From: Promethearchaeota archaeon
GTDB taxonomy: Archaea; Asgardarchaeota; Hermodarchaeia; Hermodarchaeales; Hermodarchaeaceae
Length of the DNA stretch: 17,789 nt
Direction: 5' to 3'
NCBI GenBank assembly: GCA_048939245.1
Contig: JBHLPR010000047.1
Location: 1-17,789, forward strand
A model generated the notes under the pieces. That model was not told the DNA's origin. It did not search any database and saw only the letters and a list, made by a program, of their open reading frames with translations. The translations under genes and the position numbers were made by a program. Below, piece after piece: positions 1 through 6,588 of this stretch (the first letter of the stretch is position 1; each line of letters begins with the position of its first letter).

Positions 1-2
1 GG

Positions 3-1250
3 CGTCTTGAAGGAGCTCCGCTCATACTTATCGATGAAGATAAATGCACATTTTGTGGCCTATGTGACTCCGCCTGTCTATTCAATGCAATAGAGGCACG
101 CTTCGACGATATACCTGCCGACAATCAATATTCGCGAATTAAAGGCAAACATCAACTCGATGAAGAAAAGTGTGCACCCTGCGTATTATGCGCTAAACTT
201 TGTCCACGTGATGCTATCACTGTGGATGTGAAGGTCACTCCGAAAACAAAACTGGTGACTTATAAGGATCCCAAAGCTGCCAAACGCGTGGCTGATGGAA
301 AGCCGGATGCAAAAGGCACCATAGCCATTGCTGAAGACAAATGTACTTGGTGTGGCTTATGTGAACTATTATGTCCTGAATGTATTAGCATCTATTGGTC
401 TGAAGAAAAACCTACGCCTCCGGATTTCATTCCAGCCGTAGGAATCCGAGTAGATACAACACAATGTGATTATTGCGGTCTCTGCGAAACCATCTGTCCA
501 TCTGATGCCGTGAAGGTCACCTGTGAGAAAGCCCCACCCCGAAAAATCAGAGATCCTGAAGTTGAAGGCTCTATGACCATCGATGATGGCCTGTGTGTCG
601 ATTGCACCCTTTGTGCCGAAAAATGTCCATATGAAGCCCTTGATGTCTCGTTACCACTAACTGGTGAAATCAAAATTCAAAACCTTGAGAAATGTGATCC
701 TACCGGTTGTGTTAATTGCTTCAATATATGCCCAACCAAGGCCATCTATCCCACGGGGGATGAAAATAAAATCGCGATTAACGAGGATATCTGTGTGTTC
801 TGCGGAGCTTGCGAAAATGCTTGCCCTGAACAAGTGCTGAAAGTTACCCGTGACAGTTATCACCTCTCTCAAATTGAAAAAGCGCGAGATTGGGAAAGGG
901 CTCGTGCACGAAGGTTTTATGACCATCTCATTGGACGGGAAAATCCTCGGAGCGAAATTTACGAACGGGTCATCAAAGCACCACCTAAAGAACAAGAAAC
1001 AACAGCTCAAACCAAATCCGATCAATGGGCCGAAGATAAGGTTGGTCGGCGAACAGCTCAGACGCGGGTTCAGACTCTCCAAGACATTATTCGAAGGAAT
1101 TGGCGATTACATCTCCTATTTGAACGAGGACGAGTTGACCCTCTTTCAACTGCGATAAAAAAGGAGTTTCAAAATAAGAAAAAAATTACTCGCCAAGAAA
1201 CCCCTGGTAAACGATCGCAAAAAACACCTTCTAAAAAATCAAAACAATAA
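3..1250 (+). CDS. fwdF: Polyferredoxin, FwdF-like (formylmethanofuran dehydrogenase subunit F); 5'-truncated by the window edge
   Basis: The frame is open from position 3 (RLEGAPLILIDEDKCTFCGLCDSACLF...CAPCVLCAKLCPRDAITVDV), so the 222 start in the ORF track is internal. Seven 4Fe-4S motifs are visible: CTFCGLCDSAC, CAPCVLCAKLCP, CTWCGLCELLCP, CDYCGLCETICP, CVDCTLCAEKCP, CDPTGCVNCFNICP, CVFCGACENACP. It is adjacent to an FwdD-like gene. Polyferredoxin is certain; the fwdF name is inferred. Confidence 0.8.
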   Translation, partial: RLEGAPLILIDEDKCTFCGLCDSACLFNAIEARFDDIPADNQYSRIKGKHQLDEEKCAPCVLCAKLCPRDAITVDVKVTPKTKLVTYKDPKAAKRVADGKPDAKGTIAIAEDKCTWCGLCELLCPECISIYWSEEKPTPPDFIPAVGIRVDTTQCDYCGLCETICPSDAVKVTCEKAPPRKIRDPEVEGSMTIDDGLCVDCTLCAEKCPYEALDVSLPLTGEIKIQNLEKCDPTGCVNCFNICPTKAIYPTGDENKIAINEDICVFCGACENACPEQVLKVTRDSYHLSQIEKARDWERARARRFYDHLIGRENPRSEIYERVIKAPPKEQETTAQTKSDQWAEDKVGRRTAQTRVQTLQDIIRRNWRLHLLFERGRVDPLSTAIKKEFQNKKKITRQETPGKRSQKTPSKKSKQ

Positions 1251-1280
1251 TTACCCAGATTAATCCCCTCTGAAGCTCCT

Positions 1281-1658
1281 TTAAGGCAATTTATCAATGG
1301 AAGTTAAAGCTTCCTTATTTGCTTTAATTCTCACTTTTGTTCCTTGACTAGGAAGCATTGTTTCAATAACTGCGTACGCCCAAGGTCCTGGGGGCATAAC
1401 CACTAACCCCTCAGGTTGTTCCTCACAAAGTTCAGCAACCACAACAACACTACCAATTTTTGAACTCACTTCCACATGATCGCCTTCTTTGATTTGAAGT
1501 CGTTGTGCATCACGTTCAGCAATTCGTATACGTGCTGCAACCTCTTGATATTCCTTAGAAAGACTGCCTCGTCCAACATGTGCTTCATCTGCTTCCAAAG
1601 AACGGGCGAGAACCAATTGAACTTCCAGATGTGGGTAAAGGAAATCACGTAGCGCCAT
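1281..1658 (-). CDS. fwdD: Molybdopterin-dinucleotide-binding-domain protein, divergent FwdD/FmdD-like
   Basis: 125 aa. DAQRLQIKEGDHVEVSSKIGSVVV and PEGLVVMPPGPWA match the FwdD double-psi barrel pattern (D..kLgvkeGD.V.V.S..G.VVV; G.vfiPmGPWAN). KEYQEVAA resembles the FwdD 'eY..aaA' segment. It is convergent with the fwdF-like gene. Confidence 0.75.
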   Translation of the reverse strand: MALRDFLYPHLEVQLVLARSLEADEAHVGRGSLSKEYQEVAARIRIAERDAQRLQIKEGDHVEVSSKIGSVVVVAELCEEQPEGLVVMPPGPWAYAVIETMLPSQGTKVRIKANKEALTSIDKLP

Positions 1659-2135
1659 TATTTCTCACAAGCTATACATCAGGATAGTTATCCGATTATT
1701 TCTTTGCTTAACTAAAACATAACGCATAGTAGAACTTTAAACCTAGCTTATTGAAGTTCAAATAACCCACATCAGCCAACACCGTAAAGATAATGATTAT
1801 TAAAATCGCACAACAACTAATGGCTTGATATGCCTTGAGGATGGTACTTCTTCAAGCTCCACTTCGTCCCAGTTTTTTCTGTTCATTGTCTATGGAACAC
1901 ACAACTCAATCCAATCAAAAGAAGGTTTGATGGTTTATTTCTTTTTGATTTAATATTGTTCTCGTTTATATTGGCGAACTGAATGGTTCGGATTTACTCG
2001 TTTTCATTCAGGATGATGGTACTTTATTATCGTCACTGGTTCCGTTGAATAAAAATCTGAGCGTTCAAAATGCCTCACGTGAACTCCAGTTCTATGAGCA
2101 ATCACTTCGGTCTGGAGTCTAATCTGGTGAAAAAA

Positions 2136-3311
2136 ATGAATTATCCGAAAACACTCCCTGGAATTATTCTTGCTTTACTCTTTGTATCTTGCTTGTTTTT
2201 TCAACCGGTCTCTTCCTCAGATAGTTATCGTGCTGCTCCGGATTATTGGCCTACCCACGGCTGGCAGACCTCCTCACCTGAAGCCCTGGGGCTTAATCCC
2301 TCTAACTTTGAAGCCATGGAGGATTATCTCACAAGTACCGGGAAAATTAATTCCATCCAAGCATTTCTAATAATCCGAAACGGATACATCATTTATGAAT
2401 CATATTCAGAAGAATACAGCGTAGATGATTTGATTAATTGGCAACATGCAACCATGGGTGTTACATCTATCTTGATTGGACAAGCCCTTCGTCAAGGTTG
2501 TATCACAAGCATCGATGACTTTGTATTAGATTTCTTTTCGAGCCAAGCAATCGACAATGTGGATGATCGCAAAGAAGCAATGACAATTCGGCACTTACTA
2601 ACCATGACTTCAGGTATCGATATTGGTTCAATATGGCCCCAAATGAGTGGATCTGATTGGCTGCAACCAATTCTAGATGCCCCAATGAGTTCTAATCCTG
2701 GAGAAGAATTTTACGCCTCCATATGTTGTTCTTATTTACTCTCAGCTATCTTCAATCAATCAATGGGCTTATCACTTGCCGAATACGCAAATTCCACTCT
2801 CTTTGATACACTTGGTATTTCTGATTATATCTGGCAAAGTGGTCCCCAAGGAATTAGCGAAGGTGGGCGAAATCTACAGCTTACGACTCGAGATTTCGCT
2901 AAAATTGCGTTTCTTTATCTACAGAATGGTGAGTGGGATGGTGAACAGCTTGTAGATCCAGACTGGATTAGTGAATCCATTCTACCGCATGTCCTTGTAG
3001 ATGATAGCTCCTGTTTTGGGTACCACTGGTGGGTTTTTCCTCAGCTCCATAGCTATGGTGCGGTAGCAGGAGGGCGTCTCCGGCTATATATAATTCCTGA
3101 AGCAGATATGATCGTGCTTTGCAGAGCAACTCTAGCTAACACAATCGACTATAACCATATCATGTCAACCTATCTGCTCCCCGCCGCGGGCTTATCCGCT
3201 GGAACAAGTATTCCGATTACGGTTTATCTTGGAATCCTAATGGCAATCGTAATCATTGTAGTTTTGATTGCTATTGGTATTATTTACTTCCGACGAAGAA
3301 AACACACCTGA
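2136..3311 (+). CDS. Secreted, C-terminally anchored serine hydrolase / class C beta-lactamase-fold protein; catalytic motifs degenerate
   Basis: Family motifs YWPTHGWQTSSPEALG, LIIRNGYIIYE, TIRHLLTMTSG, LTTRDFAKIAFLYLQNGEWDGEQLV and GYHWW are present. There is an N-terminal signal peptide and a C-terminal TM followed by RRRK. ATG 2136 is preferred to 2070 because GGTGA lies at 2126-2130 and the signal peptide follows immediately. Confidence 0.85.
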   Translation: MNYPKTLPGIILALLFVSCLFFQPVSSSDSYRAAPDYWPTHGWQTSSPEALGLNPSNFEAMEDYLTSTGKINSIQAFLIIRNGYIIYESYSEEYSVDDLINWQHATMGVTSILIGQALRQGCITSIDDFVLDFFSSQAIDNVDDRKEAMTIRHLLTMTSGIDIGSIWPQMSGSDWLQPILDAPMSSNPGEEFYASICCSYLLSAIFNQSMGLSLAEYANSTLFDTLGISDYIWQSGPQGISEGGRNLQLTTRDFAKIAFLYLQNGEWDGEQLVDPDWISESILPHVLVDDSSCFGYHWWVFPQLHSYGAVAGGRLRLYIIPEADMIVLCRATLANTIDYNHIMSTYLLPAAGLSAGTSIPITVYLGILMAIVIIVVLIAIGIIYFRRRKHT

Positions 3312-3350
3312 GCGGATGATGTCGAAAATCATCCGCATCTATCTTTTTTT
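3312..3350 (+). terminator. Putative terminator: 9-bp hairpin plus T7 tract
   Basis: GCGGATGAT-gtcgaaa-ATCATCCGC (3312-3336) lies directly after the TGA stop, followed by TTTTTTT at 3344-3350. Confidence 0.6.
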
Positions 3351-3557
3351 CAGAAGGGAGCTTCAGGAAAGCAACTTTGGAAAAAGCAAACGAAAACCCG
3401 AAGCGCTCAAGCGCTAGCACGGTCAATCCAATTCGATAAATGTTTCGACAACCTTTTCAAAAAAACAGACTCAATGTGTTGAAAACAAAGAAATAATAGG
3501 CTTTTTCCCATCAGCAAATATAACCAAGGATCAATCTTATCCAAGAGCTGACACCTC

Positions 3558-4256
3558 GTGACCTATTCTGGCATTATCCGTCCCATCCGCTCATACATGA
3601 CTTATACCCTCATACTCTTGAACACGGTTATCTTCATTATCATCTATACAATTGAAATTCAAATCGGCTTTCCTCTTATAACCTACGCCTTTGCCCTAAT
3701 CCCTGCGCAGATCGTTGCAGGGCAGAACCTCTTCACCTTGGTGACAAGCCAGTTTCTTCACGCAGATTTCTTCCATCTCTTAATCAATATGTACTTCCTC
3801 TATATCTTCGGAGCAATCGTCGAACGTGAGATGCATCCTTTCATGTACATTGCGCTCTATATTTTTGCAGGAATAATTGGTGGATTGGGACATGTTCTCA
3901 TTGTCTTCACGATTGGACTTGCCATAGGCTCTTCTGCAGTCCTTATTCCCACAATTGGAGCATCCGGAGCTATCTTTGGTGTCATGGCCGCATATGCCTA
4001 TCTTCTCCCACGACGACCCCTAGGAATTTCGGGTGATGCAGGACGTACGACTGCTGCCTGGAACATAATCATTCTCTATTTTATACTCGAAGTCATTTTG
4101 CTGTTTATCGCCTTTGGTTCAGGAGTAGCCCATGGGGCGCATGTATTCGGGTTTGTAGGTGGTTTTCTCTTTGCCTATGCCTATCGTCATATACGAATCT
4201 GGCGAAATCGTTCTAAACCCGGTTCTGAATATGATCCCTACGAATATTATTTATGA
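3558..4256 (+). CDS. Rhomboid family intramembrane serine protease
   Basis: TSQFLHADFFHLLINMYFLYIFG, catalytic GASGA and AHGAHVFG (catalytic His) are present, with about 6 TM helices. The start is GTG 3558 or ATG 3597. Confidence 0.93.
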   Translation: MTYSGIIRPIRSYMTYTLILLNTVIFIIIYTIEIQIGFPLITYAFALIPAQIVAGQNLFTLVTSQFLHADFFHLLINMYFLYIFGAIVEREMHPFMYIALYIFAGIIGGLGHVLIVFTIGLAIGSSAVLIPTIGASGAIFGVMAAYAYLLPRRPLGISGDAGRTTAAWNIIILYFILEVILLFIAFGSGVAHGAHVFGFVGGFLFAYAYRHIRIWRNRSKPGSEYDPYEYYL

Positions 4257-4277
4257 AGAAGAACTTGAGGGTCACTG

Positions 4278-4952
4278 ATGGCTGCCAATGAAATCGTAGC
4301 AATTGTGCCTATTCGTTTTCATCCTTCCACAAAACACCGGCTCGCCCCAAGCCTAGATACCAATCAACGAAAACAACTCGTTCAATACATGCTACTTGAT
4401 ATTCTAGCGGCTATCAACCATTCCAAAATGATCACTCGGCGCCTGATTGTAACCAATGATGAATCTTTCCAAGAGGTGTCTCGACAATCAGGAGTTGAAG
4501 TCTACAGGAGTGACACTTTGGGACTTAACGAAGAACTCACCGAATGCATTGCCTCTCTTAGTCAAACAGATTCAGGATTTGCTGTGGTAATCCTAGGGGA
4601 TTTGCCCCTGTTAACAGATACTATACTTGATGAGTTGATTTGGGCTGGTCTTCAATCAAATAGACCAGTAATCGCCAGAGACTGGAAGAACGTAGGCACC
4701 AATGCCCTATTCTTCACTTACCCACTAACCTTCAAATTACAGTTTGGAACAGAAAGTTATCAAAAGCACGTGACTGAACTTAGATCTAATGGATTTAATC
4801 CAATTGTTTATCATGCGATAGAAACTGCACTCGACCTTGATGACAATGAAGCGATAACCCAACTATTCCTCTTAGCGGCACATGATGACAAGGTCCAAGA
4901 TACAAGAACCTTCCAGTTCCTTCGAGAAGTTGCCAAGACGAAAGGACGATGA
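4278..4952 (+). CDS. cofC: 2-phospho-L-lactate/phosphoenolpyruvate guanylyltransferase (F420 biosynthesis)
   Basis: AIVPIR...KHRLAPSL...R..LV..ML.DIL, GLN, ILGDLPLL, GTNAL, FGTESY.KH and LDLD follow the CofC/FbiD motif order. A GAGG-type SD precedes the ATG. Confidence 0.85.
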   Translation: MAANEIVAIVPIRFHPSTKHRLAPSLDTNQRKQLVQYMLLDILAAINHSKMITRRLIVTNDESFQEVSRQSGVEVYRSDTLGLNEELTECIASLSQTDSGFAVVILGDLPLLTDTILDELIWAGLQSNRPVIARDWKNVGTNALFFTYPLTFKLQFGTESYQKHVTELRSNGFNPIVYHAIETALDLDDNEAITQLFLLAAHDDKVQDTRTFQFLREVAKTKGR

Positions 4953-5013
4953 TCTTATCGAATCTAAACTGGGTGGACGTATCAGGAAACTTAGCCTAAC
5001 CTTTACTGAGCGT

Positions 5014-6351
5014 TTATTCTTCCTCTTTGGTTGCTTCAAATGTTGGATCGAGGTCTAGGAAATAGAGGATAATAATTCCGATGATTAGTGTCGGTGTGTA
5101 AATGGGTCCAAACCAGAAATAGGAGAGGACTTCAGATCCACTGAGAACTACTGAGAACCATGCAAGATAACCAAGGAGAACTGATGAAACTGCTTGGAAG
5201 ACGTTCAGAGGTACACCCATGAATCCATCGTATAACCCTGCTCGCGCTTCACCGGTGTCAATCTCGTCTTTATGAGCGATATCCGCTGGAACCACATATT
5301 TCATGATATAATAGCAAGCCAAACAAGCAAATAGTGGTGCAACGTAGATCATTGCTTTAACAATACCCGGCAACGAAATAATACCAATCACTAAGGTGAA
5401 GGGAAGAAGGATTGCCATTAGGATCATTGAGATGATCAGGGTTTTGCGCTTTCCTATTCGTTTCATTAGGATTGGCCAGATGAAAAGAAAGATCAGTAAA
5501 ATGAGAATAGCTGATAGTGCTATTATTACTAGCTCTTCGATGCTGCTGTAACCAATCGCGTTCTCAAAAAATCCCACGAGCTGACTTGTTAGGGCTACAA
5601 ATGTAAATGAGAAGAAGCCAACGACTAAAATCCAACCAACATAGGTTCGGTTTTTAAGAATTATAGACATTTCTCGTTTGAAATTACGTTCTGGCCGTGT
5701 AAGGCCCGGTCGTTCTTTGATGAATGCGACTGTTGGCATATAAAGTAAAAATTCGATAAGTGCGATAGAAAAGACGATGGTAAGCATTAATGTGGTGGGT
5801 GCGCCTGCTATGAAGAAGAGGGGCGTTGATGCAAGAAGACCTAGAAAGGCTCCAGTGCCATCGGCAATCCAGTTCGAAACATTTTGTATGCTCGAGACAT
5901 TTGGTCGTTCAGGACCTTCGGTGATTTCGGGCATCATGGCTTGATAAGGAGTGATTAGAAAGCCGTAAGCGAATCGGAATAGACACAGGAATAGAAGATA
6001 GTATCCGAAAAGAGTATACTGAATTGCAGGGTCTGGTGATCCTATGGGGAAGAAGAAATTAGGAATATACAGAAAGATGGCACCGATTGCTAGTAGGGGT
6101 GCTCCAATTATGATGAAGGGTTTTCGTCTTCCAAATCTAGTTTCGATTGAATCACTATAGAATCCGACTAGCCAGTGCGATAATCCAATCACAATATAAG
6201 AAACAGCAAGGCTAATTCCATTCAAGCGCCAATCTAACTCAAATACGGTTCCATAAACGTAGAAGGTTGTCATTGAAACCAAGGTTAGAAGAAATGATGA
6301 GCCAAACCGACCTATACCAAATGCGATGCGTTTTGAATATGAAAGCACCAT
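5014..6351 (-). CDS. MFS transporter, glycoside-pentoside-hexuronide (GPH/MelB-like) cation symporter family
   Basis: About 12 TM helices. VGFYSDSIETRFGRRKPFI, PYQAMMPEIT...ER, KRIGKRK and ADIAHKDEIDTGEARAGLYDG are typical GPH motifs. GGTGA SD upstream on the minus strand. Confidence 0.9.
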   Translation of the reverse strand: MVLSYSKRIAFGIGRFGSSFLLTLVSMTTFYVYGTVFELDWRLNGISLAVSYIVIGLSHWLVGFYSDSIETRFGRRKPFIIIGAPLLAIGAIFLYIPNFFFPIGSPDPAIQYTLFGYYLLFLCLFRFAYGFLITPYQAMMPEITEGPERPNVSSIQNVSNWIADGTGAFLGLLASTPLFFIAGAPTTLMLTIVFSIALIEFLLYMPTVAFIKERPGLTRPERNFKREMSIILKNRTYVGWILVVGFFSFTFVALTSQLVGFFENAIGYSSIEELVIIALSAILILLIFLFIWPILMKRIGKRKTLIISMILMAILLPFTLVIGIISLPGIVKAMIYVAPLFACLACYYIMKYVVPADIAHKDEIDTGEARAGLYDGFMGVPLNVFQAVSSVLLGYLAWFSVVLSGSEVLSYFWFGPIYTPTLIIGIIILYFLDLDPTFEATKEEE

Positions 6352-6412
6352 TCGTATTCACCAACCCTATGCACGGCTATGTGTTGAAGAATCATTTAAG
6401 TTCCTAGGATTG

Positions 6413-6426
6413 TTTGAGCGCTCAAA
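6413..6426. promoter_or_regulatory. Perfect 14-bp palindrome TTTGAGCGCTCAAA; candidate transcription-factor operator
   Basis: Exact dyad in the divergent intergenic region between the GPH transporter and ppdK. The regulatory role is inferred from position only. Confidence 0.5.
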
Positions 6427-6588
6427 GCCATTTGGCTTTTTTTGAAGTATAGTTTTAAGGATTTTCCTGATTTCGAATATGCTGATAAATCAATATGTTT
6501 ATTAGTTTCCTACAGGGTCGTGGTTCCAGTTTGAGCAGATGAGCTGAAGCTACAACTTAGTTAAATCATTACAAATTTGAGGTATCTG

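Noticed and set aside
222-224. ORF-track start of the polyferredoxin at GTG 222
   Set aside because: The frame is open to the window edge and encodes two more 4Fe-4S motifs upstream, so the true start lies outside the window.
470-1158. Short ORFs 470-673 (-), 657-1082 (-) and 850-1158 (+)
   Set aside because: They are nested within the polyferredoxin gene and show no recognisable motifs; treated as shadow frames.
1708-1900. Hydrophobic minus-strand frame (…CAILIIIIFTVLADVG…) interrupted by TGA, considered as a pseudogene or recoded ORF
   Set aside because: It has no convincing start or SD and no recognisable homology; AT-rich DNA readily yields such stretches.
3309-3336. TGA followed by a hairpin as a selenocysteine/SECIS read-through signal
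   Set aside because: The protein ends naturally at its TM and basic tail, and a hairpin plus T7 tract fits a terminator better.
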